The notes under the pieces: model-generated
The model's database searches: none
Seen by the model: the letters and a program-made list of their open reading frames with translations, nothing else
Told to the model about the DNA's origin: nothing
Assembly (NCBI GenBank): GCA_904063045.1
Contig: CAJFCJ010000003.1
Location: forward strand, 2,900,504 to 2,964,503
Length of the DNA: 64,000 nt
From: Dimorphilus gyrociliatus
Lineage: Eukaryota; Animalia; Annelida
Direction of reading: 5' to 3'
Position numbers and translations under genes: made by a program
Shown here: positions 13,031-27,092 of the stretch, in pieces
Layout: every line of letters starts with the position of its first letter
Numbering within the stretch: position 1 is the stretch's first letter

Positions 13031-13318
13031 AAAAATTGGGTTATAGAAAATTTTTGATGATCGAGGAGAATTTAACTCTTTGACGGTTCAAAACCTTTGA
13101 CATTGAAATTTGAAACCCCAATCGATTAGTGAATTACCGAATACAAATCGGACAACACAAAAAATTAGTATCCTATCCTGTAACGGAGATTGAATATAGG
13201 CGGCGCTGTTTACCTAGGCGCCGTTGACAAACTTAATACGGTTTTGGTCAGCAAACAAACAATTACAAACCTCTGTTGCCTTTACTTTATTGAACATGAA
13301 ATAGAGAAGGTAGAAAGG

Positions 13319-16300
13319 ATGGAAGAGACTAGATCTTCCCCTCAATCGGACGAAAAGGAAGTAGGACTTTTGCTAAAGAGGTCTTCAGATGTGGAAGAAG
13401 AATTAGATGGAAGAGAAACTTGGGGCAAAAAAGTGGATTTTCTTTTATCTATTATCGGCTTTGCTGTAGATCTGGCAAATGTCTGGCGTTTTCCATATCT
13501 TTGCTATAAGAATGGTGGAGGTAAGTGGTTGAAAAAACTTTGCAAACTTTTACAATAAATAAAGAAAGAGGATAAAGTAAAATAAGTTTAGTATTCTATT
13601 TTATGGCTTTGGAATAGACTTAATGTCTGTTAATATATAATAGTAGGCTTTCGTGTTAAAAAGTAAAAACTTTAAGTAAAGAAAACATAAAAATAAGCAA
13701 GTTTTCCGCCACATTTCAATTAATTGCCGTAATTTATTTGAGGTAAAAAAAACGAAACGGAAAAAGAGAGTGCGAAAGTTTGAGAGAGCAAGAGAGGAGA
13801 GTAAGAGTGAGAGTGAAAAAGAGAGAAAGAGCAAAAAGAGTGTGCGAGAGAGCAATATGAAGGGGAAAGGCATATATCGGAAAGAGAGAGTAAGAGAGTG
13901 GGAGAGAGACGAAATTGTCCCGAGTAGGAAAGAATAAAAGGATAAGGCATGAAACTATTTAATTAAGGGAAGAGAAAAGAGATGGAAAAAGCGAAAATGA
14001 GAAAAGAGAACGGTTTAAGTATATATTGATAAGGTATATATTCAGTTTTGATAAAAGAAAGTTTCATTTTTTACGGTTATCGATAAAAGAGAGACGAAAA
14101 AATGAGGATGAACTATTGACGTATCAAGTGGCTCAAGTTTTCAATCTAGGTATCCTTGTGCAATGTATTTTGATATCATTTCTCCAAGGAAATAACGGGG
14201 CCAGTCAGTTTTTCACGTAGGCCTACTTAAGGAAAACACTTTTGTGTAAGAGTTGCAGCTGTTCCAGCAGATCGGCAGCCTAATTGTTCTAACAGTTTTT
14301 TCAGTGGCAAGCTTTTGACCTAAAGCCGATTTGTATCGCGTTTAAATCGCCTATTCGAGTGGTGTTTGTCAACGACAAACCGCCTATAGTGGATTAGAAA
14401 AAAGCCGATTTTTCGCCCTATAGAATATGAGCAGAAGGGCGTAAAGTTTGCGGACGCTGAGTGGCGCTCGACTGCAACGAACTTGCCTTGACAAACAAGT
14501 ATCGAGGACCGTTTTGGGTTGAAAACTTGCCAACCTTTGTATAGACGAGTCTCGCTAACAATGTCCTTATTTTTTCACTTTCTTTAACGAATAAAACACC
14601 TTACTTTTTTTTATATATAACATTTTAGTTGGGTAATTACTTGCGTTTCAATTAGCGATAATGGGTGAATGACACAATTAACCGGTCTAGAAAGATTTAG
14701 GGGGTAAATTTTTGTCTTTCCCTCTTTTGTCAAATAAAAAATTAATATTAAAATAAGAAAAATAGAAGAAAGAACAAAAAAAGAATAAAATGAAAATAGA
14801 ATTTTTTTTAGTATAGATTTGTTCTTGTTAAAAAAAAATTCAATTAATGCAATTTGTTGCCAGAGATAAGTGTTTTTTTTTATATCCTAATGTTTACTTT
14901 ATTAGCCAAACACTAAATTAAAAAATAATGTAAAGAATTTAAAATATTTCACTCGGATACGGTCAACGGCGTCACAGCTCATTTTCTCTGATCGTGTTCC
15001 GTCTCTTCCTCTTTCGCTTCATGCTTGGATGCGGAACGTTTTTAACGAACTCACGCCAACCTTATGAAAAAGTGTTGTACTATTTGACTAGGGATTTTTT
15101 AGTTTATTCATGCTGTATTTCTACTTATCAATACCATTGTCACTTCGTATTTCAAATATTTAGCTAATAAAAAAGAAAATGGTAATTTTTCACTAAAAAA
15201 AAATTAATTAGAAAATGAAATTATTGTTAACTTTAATAAAAGAAGGAAATGATTGTTGATCAAGTGTAAATCATACACTATATGCTTATATTTTATAACC
15301 GAACCAATGTTTAACGGCTATAAACTATTAAGTGTTAATTGTTTGATTCGTTTCGGTTAAAAGTCTAATGTTGTCTTCATTGATTTCTCATAAAAACAGG
15401 CGCTTTCCTCATACCCTACTTTCTTATGCTAATCTTTGGCGCTGTACCATTATTCTTTATGGAGCTCATCCTAGGCCAATTCCATAGACAAGGTCCCGTT
15501 TCAGTTTGGAAAATTGTACCTCTTCTTAAAGGCATAGGATTAGCCGAATGTCTGATCGCTTATCTTGTAGCATTCTACTACAATGTTGTAATAGCTTGGT
15601 CATTTTTCTATTTGGTCTCTTCATTTACTTCTTCACTACCCTGGACAACTTGCGGTAATATCTGGAATACAGACAATTGCAGTGATTTGTACAGTAATTT
15701 GACGAACGCAACTTCTCCGGCCAAAGAATTTTTTGAAATGAGAGTTTTGGGATTGAAAAATTCTACTGGAATACACGATATTGGTAGTCCTAGATGGGAG
15801 CTTGTTTTATGCTTGATGCTTGTCTTTGCTTGTTTATATTTTTCATTATGGAAAGGTTTGTTCATTATTGTGCAAAAAACAATATTAATAAATAACATTA
15901 ATCATCTCTTTTGCCAATTTTTCTCCTTAATAAAAACTAATTTTTCCTTATTAATGATTAAACATTTTTTTCATCTAGGTGTGAAATCTAGCGGTAAAGT
16001 TGTTTGGGTAACTGCTACCATGCCCTACGTCGTACTTAGTATATTGTTAGTTAGAGGACTCCTATTACCTGGATCAACAGACGGAATTTTATATTTTCTA
16101 ACGCCAAAGATTCATAGATTAGCCGATTCGCAGGTAAGCTACAATTTTATTAGTTTTTGATCGATGTTGTAAGCGCGTGTTGGTGAATACGTTGAAATTG
16201 TTTGTCAAAGTTTACTTGCATTTGGTTGAAATTAGCAAAATTAAGGAGAAATTCGAGTGTTTCCAACGTTAACAAAATACAGTCTCTCCATTTCTATAGA

Positions 16301-18276
16301 ATAATTTTAATTGTTTTTATTGAACGCTTTTTTTTCTTTAAAGGTTTGGATTGATGCAGCTGTTCAAATCTTCTACTCAGTCGGAGCCGGCTTCGGAGTG
16401 CACTTGGCTTACGCTTCCTATAACAAATTCAACAACAACTGCTACAGAGATTGTTTATTTACGGCTTGCATAAACAGCTTTACTAGCATCTTTTCGGGCA
16501 TCGTCATCTTCTGCTATTTGGGTTATATGTCAAATAAACAAAATAAAAACATTGAACAGGTAGCTGTCGATGGGCCTGGATTGGTATTTGAAGTTTACCC
16601 GGAAGCTATTGCAACTCTTCCGGGGTCTATTGGTTGGTCTATTGTTTTTTTCTTTATGCTCATAACATTGGGTATGGACAGTGCCGTAAGTTCAATTAAA
16701 TTCTATCAATCGTATGTAAAGTAGAGGGAGCAAATAATACATGTTCTTTAGAAAGATAACCAGAAGCGCCATCTACTGGTTGTAGAGATAATAAAGCCTT
16801 TCAATCTTAAACACATTAAAGTAACAAGATATTACGAGCGAGGAGAGAGAGAGAGAGGGAGGGAGAGAGAGAGGGAGGAAAAGAGAGAGGGAGGAAGAGA
16901 AAGAGAGAAATGAGGGGAAAAGAGAGAAGTAAGACAGACAGAAAAAAAGAGGGAGGGAGAGAGAGAGGGAGGAGAGAAAGGAAGAGAAAAAGAAAAAAAA
17001 CAGATATATTAAAGACTAGGAAATTAAAAAAAAAACCTTTTAGCCGTCTACTGATTAATCTGTTGCAAAAATGTCAACAACTTCTTAACAAAAATCTAAA
17101 TAATACATAAATAGTTTGTACTTTGAAATATATAGAAAAAAAAATTCCATGGTATCATTTGCAAAATAAATTATTCAAAGATTTGTATAAAAAAAATATA
17201 AAGTAATATTATATTCTTTGATTATAAACAGATGGGAGGATTGGAATCGGTTATTACAGGAGTGATAGATCAAAACAGAAATTTCCTCAAAAGCTTCCGA
17301 TATAGAAGGGAACTAATAACTTTTATAACTATACTCGGAGCTTTTGCATTTGCCCTTCCCAGCGTCACCAATGTAAATATCGTAAAAGTTACATTTAGTT
17401 TAAGCTATGTATTTTTAATATTTAAAATATTGTAGGGAGGAATGTACGTGTTTAATATTTTCGATAAGTTTGCTGCCGGAACTTCCATTTTGTTTGCTGT
17501 CTTCTCAGAAGCGGTTGCCGTCAGTTGGTTTTATGGTAAATCGATTTTTCGTGAAGATGTAAGTTTCATAATTAATTATAGATTATTTTTAAAGGCCTCG
17601 ATCAGTTTTGCACTGATGTTGAAAAGATGCTGGGATTTAGACCCAGTTTATATTGGAGAATTTGCTGGAAGTTCATTAGTCCTGCTTTTGTTTTGGTATA
17701 GAGATAGTATTTTGATTAGAATAAATATATTAAATCATATTACTTTCAGACGATTGTAGTTTCTAGTTTAATAAAACAAGAACCACTCATATATGATGCT
17801 TCCTGGGGAAGGTATCATTATCCAGAGTTAGGTTACGCAATAGGTTGGTCCTTATCAGCCGCTTCCATGATACTAATTCCTGGTTATGCCATATATCATA
17901 TATTTTTTAAACAAAAAGGAACAATAAAACAGGTACACAGTACATATTCTAATCTAATATATTGACTGTAATAGATTGTTTTAAAAAGATGGAAGAAAAA
18001 TCATTTTACTTTAATCTTCCTGATGTTTTCTTTCTAGCGTTTTCTCCTTAGCATATCACCAACCTGGGAACAAAGTAGCATAATTCGCAGTCAAAGAGCT
18101 AAGCGAACTCAGGTATATATTTATAATATAGATCATCCTTAAATCATTTACGAAACGTACTTTACAAATGTGCTTTATTTGTCAATTTAAATTTAAATAG
18201 ACAAGACATTGGTTCTCTTTAGGAAGACATTCAACAGAGTCAGAAGCCGTTAGATTATCAGAAAGAAATAATTTAA
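13319..18276 (+). CDS. SLC6A2/3-like: SLC6 Na+/Cl- dependent monoamine transporter (DAT/NET/octopamine-transporter group), ~602 aa
   Basis: Exons 13319-13520, 15400-15855, 15979-16133, 16344-16685, 17232-17372, 17436-17535, 17595-17695, 17750-17932, 18038-18112, 18223-18276, all GT-AG and in phase. [37 protein letters not shown] carries the TM1 Asp of monoamine transporters and DLAN rather than the SERT-type DLGN. EL2 Cys pair and [10 protein letters not shown] are present. Confidence 0.95.
13760..14010 (+). repeat. GA-rich polypurine tract in intron 1 of the SLC6 gene
   Basis: Visible purine-biased low-complexity sequence. Confidence 0.75.
16765..16779 (-). promoter_or_regulatory. CTCF motif CCAGTAGATGGCGCT
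   Basis: Exact fit to the CTCF core consensus, in an SLC6 intron. Confidence 0.6.
16838..17000 (+). repeat. GA-rich polypurine tract in SLC6 intron
   Basis: Visible (GA/GGA)n low complexity. It explains ORF 16910-17110. Confidence 0.8.
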
Positions 18277-18398
18277 ATTGCAATCTCTAAACAAAAGAAA
18301 ACAACAAAAAGAGATAAAGGAGAAGATAGAAGAAGTCAGCCAAACATAGTAAACAAATGTAAATAAAAAAAAGTTAGCACATATAAATGTTTATACTA

Positions 18399-18432
<34 letters not shown>

Positions 18433-19587
18433 GCTTACATAATTATATATATAAATTTGTATCTGTCTATATGTGCCTTAGAGTGGAATGAATCTATAAA
18501 TACATATTTATATAAACATATATGTATATATATTTGTATAAATATGTATATAATAATGCTATAAATATTGACAATAGCAATCATTTTCGTTATGACAATT
18601 TTTAATCGTGAGATTATTCCATTAAATGTGAAAGTTGAAAAATATGAAGAATATCAATATTTTTCTTATCATATTTAATCAAAATTTTACGAGTTTTTGG
18701 TCACCTGACATTGTTTTTTTTTTTAATGAATAATTTTAATATTTTAACTCTTTTGTTTTTTTAAAAAAAAATTAATTATACGCTGGTTAACGATATCAAA
18801 ATGAAAAAGCTATAAAATAAGTCAGTGTACACAGAAAATTTTTCCATCTTACAGTAAATCAAACAGAAACAACAAAAATCAAAAGAATTAAGAGAATGTT
18901 CCAATGGCCTTTTATTCTTTTTCTTCTTTTTCTTGCTGGTGGATAGGGAAACATACATTTGTTTATAAATTCGTTTTAGTTCCTTTTTTGTTTTTTTTCT
19001 TTTTTGCTATGTATTAAAAATATTGTTTTCCATAAATTGGCAGAAAAAGAAATATGTTTAAAAGGAGAAACAATGAGTAAATTCTCTATAAATTAAGAAA
19101 GAAAAACAAGATGGCATTAATAAGATAAAATCACAGAAAGATTTCTTTTTTTGTACTTTGTATTTTTAATTACTTTTCTTACCACTTCTAAGAATTTTAT
19201 TCAGAAAAGTATTTTAGGATAAAATATGTTTGGAGAAGGGAAAGAATGATTAATAGAAAAAGAGATTTCAAATGCTATGATAAATGAATGATTTAATTGA
19301 ATAAGAGATCATTTGAATTTAACGCCAAATTAAAAAGTAGACTAATGACATAATGACTAAAGTAAATTAGAAATCAATTTAATGAGAAAATCCTTTATTT
19401 AATTAGTAGCAGAATTAAAGACAGTATGAATCTTGTTCAATTGTTTAGTTCTTTAATATTACAGTATATACAGATTACTAAGATATGCAAATTATAGTTG
19501 CTGAGTTTATTAGTTTTTAAGACAATTTTTGCTTTAAGCTTATATACTTAAAGGTCATAAAGGAAACGAAAGCATAATATATATACA

Positions 19588-19627
<40 letters not shown>

Positions 19628-21436
19628 ATTAGTATAATAGGAATTTTTTTCTTCATTAAGGTAATTAAACCTAGTTTATCAATATTTCATTGTTTTATTT
19701 GAATCTTTTAGATTTGTCTTTAAATTTTCTTTTTTTTTAAATCTATAATATTCTTATGATTGAAATGAAAGAAACCTGTTAATATTATTTTCTTTCTTCC
19801 CCTTTATCTACTTTTCCCACAGCTATTTTATTTTTATATAAGGCAAAATGTAACTATGAAACTTTTTGCCTCGTTCTTTCTTCTTTTCCCTATACGTTTC
19901 TTTTATTTTGTTGCTTTTAAGTAAAATTTCTCAAACATAGAAAAATCAAGCCATGTGACCAAAAACGAAAAGAATATATATATATATATATATGTATATG
20001 TATTATATGTATATATGCTAATATATATATTTGCAGTAAACAGCTTCACTGTCTGTGATAAGCAGAATATCTAGACTATTCCAGAATGGTAGTTAATTTT
20101 TATTTTTACTTATAATTTGTCTGTAAAGTAAAATGTCATGAATTAGCTTTTCGTCGGATGTTGTCGAAATAAAACAGAACTAATTAAAATTTATCATATA
20201 CAATCGATAAATAGCTTTTTTAACAAACAAATCACAAGGATTAATCTCCTAATTGTTTCTGAAAAGGTTAAGATTCGATCAATATAGGCAATTCAGTATT
20301 ATATTCAACTAATAATAACCCTTTTTACCTGAATTACTTATCTTAATAATATAGGCAAATCAAGTATGATAGTGCAATAAACACGATATGCCAGGAAAAT
20401 ACTCTTGTTTTGTTTAAATATTTTATTTAGAAAGACTTAAAATTCTATTTACATATCTTGTTACATTCATATATAAATATACCATTTATATATTTAGACA
20501 TATACTATATTTAATAATATTTCGTCAGATATACGAAATAAATGAATCAAGTTACTAGAAACAGTGAATGCTTTCCCTTTTTTTGTAAGAAAAGAAAAAA
20601 TCAAATATATCTTGAATTTAATAGACTTTTTAAAGAATTTAAATATTTATTGAAACATGAGGAAAAAATGCATATACAATAAAATATATATATAATATAT
20701 GTATATGTACACTGCACGGTATTTACTCATATATATTTTCACTTTATTTTTATAAGTATACAGGATTCATATATATATATTTATTTATTTATAGTCATGT
20801 AGAAGTATATATCATTATACTTGTATAGTACATTACACATAATTTAAACAATGCAATATAATATGCAGTGTATCCTCTCCAGTGTAATTTCTTAGAAGGT
20901 GTTACATATTAATAAGAATCAAACTGCAGGTAGGTTCAGTAATACAAATGTAAGGATCATGTAGAACAAATTGATACACTCTTACATGCATGCACACACA
21001 CACACATATATATATATAATTTTTACCCTTGTCTTTATTCATTATATAGACAATAATTATCCTTTTTTTGTCTTTTTCTTCACTATATAATTTGGAAATT
21101 CAGGAAATATTAAGTATATAGATTAAGTGGTTAAAATTTCAAATAATAATAATAATATGTAAAGAATGGAAGATGAAAAAATCTATGCATAAAATTAATA
21201 TTAATTAAAAATTTGTAGACAATTTTATTCTATTTCTTTCATCATTTACAATTTAAACTTTGTTAAATGTTTTAGTAGGCTTAATTAATATAATACACAC
21301 TTCGTCATTTTCCATTCCAAGAGAAACGCTTTCTACGTCGCTCTTACTTAAACACATTACGAGTTAAAAGTAGAAAATATTACATTTCTATGTAAACTAG
21401 GCAAAGCTAAATAACACAATGGATTTCTATTTCAAT

Positions 21437-23562
21437 TTAAACCCAATCGCCTTTCGATCTTGCTGCTTTGGACATACTATTTCGCTTAAGGGGAGCTGAA
21501 AAATCAATGAGAAAGTAATAGTTAAAAAAAATTCTTATTTATTTAATGAGTTTATTATTTACTTTCCGAGAATTCTGTCATATCTTCGGACGCTTCTAGC
21601 CGTTCGCGTTCTCTATCTTGTTCCATTAGCTCCCTCCTCGATAGATGGTAAACGATTCCTGCTCCAAAACTATCGCCGATCACGTTTACGGATGTTCGTA
21701 TCCTATCTCTAATAAGATAATGGGAGAGGAGACGGAAAGGCAGAACGGGTTTAGATGGGAGGGGAAGGAGGAAAGAAAAAAAAATAGATTAATAACAAAC
21801 TATTTCTTTATTAGAGACGCTTATATGGGTTATTCAATTTTAATTACTAGTCGGAAATAATTATCTTTAATTAAATAAAGTTTCATATAAGTTCTTCTTT
21901 CCTTTATAAAGAAAATCGAATTAATTTAATTCATACTTTATATAAAGATTTCATTTCGTTTCCGTTTCTTCAATTCTTTTTTTTAAGTACATCGTATGAT
22001 ACTAATAAGTTTGTCTAAAATGTTTTAGTAACTTACAAAAGCCAATCAACAGCAACGATTAATGTAATATCCTTTGTAGGTAGACCAACTGCAGTTAATA
22101 CCAATAGCATTGTAACTAAACCGGCGCTGGGAACGGAAGCTGCTCCAATTGAAGCTAAAGTTGCCGTTAGCGAAACAGTAATTACTTCTCCGGCATTTAG
22201 ATGCACGTTGTTCATTTGTGCTATAAAAATTGCAGCTACGGCTTCGTATAATGCCGTGCCATCCATATTAACTGTTGCTCCGATTGGCAAAACGAATCTC
22301 GTGACTCTCTTATCAATGCCGTTATTTTCTTCCAGGCACTTAAAAGTGATGGGAAGAGTGGCTGCTGATGATGCTGTGCCTAATGCCATAACCCAAGCTT
22401 GTAGGAAACCCCGGAAGAACTTGAATGGGTTCTTACGGGTTGTGATAAAGAAAATCAGACTCAAAGTTCCACAGGCGTGTATGACTAAGCCAACAATAAC
22501 GGTCAACATATATAGACCAAGTTGACTTGCTGTTGTTGCCAAATCACCTATTTCCATTATTTTACCAGCTATTAAGCACATGATGCCAAAGGGTGAATAC
22601 CTATAAAAAGGGAACAAATAAACTTGAAAGACTTGATAATTGAATAAAATTAAATAAAAAGTAGCTTACCACATAATTACATTAACTAATCTCATAACAA
22701 TTTCACTTAAAACCTGAAAGAATTCAACCATTACCCTCGCTCTTTCTCCCATCTGACCAATGATTATTCCGAAAGCAATGCAGAATCCTATTACACCTAT
22801 GTACACATTCAAAAATACTTTGTATAATAAATTATTTTTTATCTAGATATTCTAACCAAGAACATTTGTGCCGTCACTATATACCAATTTTCTAACTGGT
22901 TTTGCTTCTTCGGTTCCATTCGATGAATTTCCAAAAGGTGTCACCACTGTTGTTAGAAAGTTGGTTGAATTCTCTGCTAAAGGTTTTAAATCCTCTTCTT
23001 TTGAAACGAATATAGTTTTAACCTGCTTAAAGCAGGCTTGAACTAAATTTTCCGGAAATAAATTTCTTATCAAGTCCAAAAAGGCGTCCATTGTAGAGAC
23101 CGTCTTTTCTTTTCGACCAGTCCCTAACTCTTGTTTTATTCCGTAATCTCCTGGATGAATGGCTAAAACGCAACATATGCCCACAATAGCCGCTAATATA
23201 GTTGTTCCAAAGTAATAAACTAATGATCTAGTACCCATTTTTCCAGATTCTTTAGCGTCTAATTGCGATAATCCACCAATTAGAGATGAAATTATCAGGG
23301 GAAGAATAAGCATTTTAAGCATGCGCATTAACAGTTCACCCGGAAAAGATATTAAAAGTATAACATCGGGACTTGGATTAGCTAAACGGCCAAGAAATCC
23401 ACAAACACCTCCAATAAGCACCGCTAAAACGGTTAATTCCAGCAATAAGTTCTTTTTCATCCATAATAATACACTTTTAGTTTTCGAAATATGTTGCATT
23501 CTTCCTTCACTTTCGGCTAACATTGGTTCCTTCGAAGTGAGGCCTACATGGTTGTTGGACAT
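21437..23562 (-). CDS. SLC1A2-like: Excitatory amino acid (glutamate) transporter, SLC1/EAAT family, ~533 aa
   Basis: Exons 23562-22857, 22796-22670, 22600-22037, 21708-21563, 21495-21437, in phase. Motifs [79 protein letters not shown]. The last exon is less certain. Confidence 0.95.
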
Positions 23563-23675
23563 TTTTTCCTTTTCTTTTTGTATAATTTATTTCAAAATTA
23601 TCCCTTTTTTATGTTACTTCTTTCTTCCTTTCTACTCTCTTTCGTTCGCTGTCTTTATTTTCCTCCTTTTTTTCA

Positions 23676-23710
23676 CTCTCTCTCTTCTCTCTCTCTCTCT
23701 CTCTCTCTCT
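23676..23710 (+). repeat. (CT)n microsatellite just upstream of the EAAT start
   Basis: Visible CT run. Confidence 0.85.
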
Positions 23711-24880
23711 TCCAATCTGCGTATCTTCAACTCTTATAGATTATCTAATATGTTAAGAGATAAAAAGACAATTAAGCTGTCGAAATTGTCTATAAACAAT
23801 TGACTTATTTTGTTTTTAAAGAAAATATAAAAGATATTATGAAATTCAATTGTTCGTTTAATAAAAGAATAAAGAAATAACATTAACACGTGCAACTAAT
23901 CAATCATGTCCCATTTTTTAAAGAGCAGCAACTAAATACGTACCTGACTGCTCCTTACGAATAACTTGGCCTGAATATTGTTATAGAAGCGACTTTTTTG
24001 ATATTTTAGATCTACTGTATGGCGAACTTCCACATATTGCAAACTAAATTCCTGTCTTTTTTATATATTATAAAGATATTTCAACTGTAATAGTCTATTT
24101 AGATTTTTTTTCTTTACTTCATTATTTAGGATCATTCGAGAATGAAACGTCTCTTTTTATCATTTGTTTTTCATTAAATAAAATAAATTTAAAGATTCTA
24201 TTTTGCTTATAATTTAACCAATTTTTGTTTTTGTTACTTCTATTATATACAGTATATATGCTGTATACATTTTAGAATTTTAACTTAAACTTCCTTTTAG
24301 AGGTTGATAAAAAAAATCGAAAAAATTGATTGTAATATAATAAATAGTATAAAAAAGGTAAATAGATAAGGTTCAATTCTTCAAAAGATTACCTAAAATA
24401 TCTAACTATACTAAATGTTAAATAGTAAGAATAAGTTTTTTTTTTAAAAAAAAAAGTATTCAAACAAACCTTTTGCTGTTAATTTTACTTTATTTTCAGT
24501 TTTTGAAATTTGGAATTCTTGTGTTCTTTACGCCGAAAACAAAAAACTGCTATTGGGCACTTTTTCGTATTCCAAAATGTAAGAGATTTATTTGCATATA
24601 ATTTATGCACAGTCTTACAACTGCTCCTCCTATCGGCTAATAGCAAAAGGGAAAACAGACAAATATAGTATTGAAAAATCCCGATTGAATCATTCCATGA
24701 TAAATCGATAAATTTATTTGCGTGCCTTAATTTTCCCACAACCTTCAAGTGTTGTTTTAAATAATTGAAATATCGAATTTACACTAAACAACTTCGATTT
24801 TTTGAGCATTTTCAATCTAGAATTAATTCAAGTTCAATACCTTCTTACTAACGTTTATCTAACAAAATCAAACTTTTAGT

Positions 24881-24892
24881 ATCACGTGACCT
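24881..24892 (+). promoter_or_regulatory. E-box ATCACGTGACCT (USF/MiT-TFE/SREBP-type)
   Basis: The identical 12-mer recurs at 46175-46186 (reverse strand) and 49757-49768, and the 10-mer at 44413-44422. This copy lies about 1.3 kb upstream of EAAT. Confidence 0.45.
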
Positions 24893-26485
24893 TGACGAAA
24901 ATTAAAAAGGATTTAGCGCTTGACTAATTTTAGGTGCACAGCGCTTAAGCCATCCTTGTGCCTAGAGTATAATATTTACCATAAAATGCATAGAAAATAG
25001 GTTTTGAAAATATCGTAAACAAAATAACAATATGAATATGCAAATAGTATAAAAAGTATAAGTAATGTATATTATACTGTATATAAACAGAATATGTATA
25101 GATATATATTGTATAATAACTAATTAACATCATTTTAGTATAGCCATTATAGCCATTATAGTGTATGTAAATCAAATGTTTTTCTTTCTTTTCTTCTCTG
25201 ATTAGGATTTCCCATTTAATTTATTACTTAAAAATTATATAATGTTTATAGAGAGAGTATAAAGATTATTATAAACTATATAATAAACTAAACAAAGTTC
25301 TTTAAATATATTAAAATTTAACCTTTAAATATATATATATATATATATATCTATTAAAAAAATAAGTCATCTAAAAACTAGGTCAAAATCATAATTTCTT
25401 ATTTACAAAAAAAGAAAAAAAGAAATCCCTACTGCAAAAAATATTTTACTGCCTGAAAGCATTTTTGAAATTGAATTTCCTTGACAACAAATCGTTAGGA
25501 ATCGCAACGTAATTTATGAGAAAAATAATAAGGAAGATGGTCGGTAGCTAAAGATAAACAAAATTTTCTGTTTTTTTCTTTTTTAAATTAAGATACACAG
25601 TATTACACATATAACCCGAGGATATATTACATTGTCATTAGGTATTATTAGAAATTAGAATACTAAAGTATAATTAAAATATTGATATAAAGCAGATTCT
25701 TTGTTATATTCCCTCGCTAAATTACGTAAATGAATAAAGAGACGGCATCGTATAGATAAATAATTATAACTATAATAAATACCAACAAATAGGAGCTTCG
25801 TACATTACGGAATGATGTGTGTAAACATTTGTATATTTTTTATACAAATAAAAGAATAAAGGCTTCGTATAAAGAGAAATACTGATAGATATAAAGATAA
25901 AGAGAAAGACATAAAGGAAAAGAGATTATAAATGGAATACAAAAAAAAGAGAAAAGAGAAAGATAGAAAGAAAGAGAAAAAATTTTTTGTACCAGTCTTC
26001 ATTTCGATTTCTCTTTTATTCTGGCTCCTTAAACCAATGTACTACATTAGGCTTTGAAATGAGAGAAAACTGTAGTACCATTTACTTAAGAAGCTAAAGC
26101 AATTGCAAAAGAGTTCATGTATTGAGTAAAAAATAAATGGAAAAGCCTCACTTAGATAGTATTATAATAAAATAGAATTTGTGACAATTTTTTAAAAGGT
26201 CCAGGGAATGGAAGGAGTAAAAAGCAAAAGAGTAATCCAAGTATATTTTACACTGATAAAAGCTCTTTCTTGTCAAAAGTGCTTTTTTCCTCGTCTTTCC
26301 CCTACCCTCTCTCCTTCTTTATTCTTTTTATTTTAATGTCTTTTATGTAAATTTAATTAAGTTTTTTAAAAATAATTTTATTAATTATAAATAGTATTTT
26401 CTTTATATTAAGTATTATAGCGTCAATTTTTTATAGCTCTCTTTATCTTCTCTAAGAAAAAAGGAGTCACTTTGTCTGTCAACCT

Positions 26486-26730
26486 TCTCTCTCTCTCTCT
26501 CTCTCTTTCTCTCTTTCTTTCTCTCTCTCATACTGTATACTATATACTGTATATATATATATATATATATACTGTCTCTTTTTCTCCCCCTTTTCCCCTC
26601 ATTTCTTTCTGTCTATCTCCACTCTCTCTCATTATATTATATTCATATCTTTTTTCTCTTCTCCTTCCTTCCTTCTTTTATTTTTTTTCTTTCAATCTTT
26701 TTCACACTCTTTCTCTTTCGTCTCTCTTTT
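26486..26730 (+). repeat. (CT)n + (TA)n + polypyrimidine tract
   Basis: Visible microsatellites. They explain ORF 26472-26777. Confidence 0.85.
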
Positions 26731-27092
26731 CATTAGTCTTTAAGCAATTTCGTGCTAAAGTTGTTTTAAATGCGTAAAAAGTAATTTGTAAACAAGTTAT
26801 GAGTGTTTAATAAAACCGAATAAAGTGAGTAAAGGATCAATAAGTCGATATGCCAGGGAGAAGAAAAGTAGATTTTAGCGGTTTCATTACTTAATACAAA
26901 ATATTAATCAATCATAAGTGGTCAGATAATAAAAAAGACACATATAACATTGAATAATTATGTATTAAATATTTTTATGATATTTATTGTCGACAGATGG
27001 AGTTGTACTTAGTCATTTAATCATTTCTATATTCAATTTGTAATTAATGAAATAGTTTAAACCTCGGGTAGGTTACAATTAAGCTTATATAA

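Noticed and set aside
13190-13318. TTG-initiated N-terminal extension of the SLC6 ORF
   Set aside because: A near-cognate start called by the ORF finder. The ATG at 13319 gives a normal-length transporter.
12666-13950. L/S/F-rich ORFs (12666-12995, 12751-12933, 13601-13873, 13720-13950; likewise 7661, 16910, 23548, 26472, 41793, 41878, 59225)
   Set aside because: These are translations of (CT)n, (GA)n or (AT)n low-complexity tracts with no protein signal.
15608-15898. Antisense ORFs overlapping real exons (15608-15898, 22208-22525, 28232-28447, 34019-34216, 39763-40089, 40273-40617, 62206-62430)
   Set aside because: Shadow frames of coding exons on the opposite strand, with no independent motifs.
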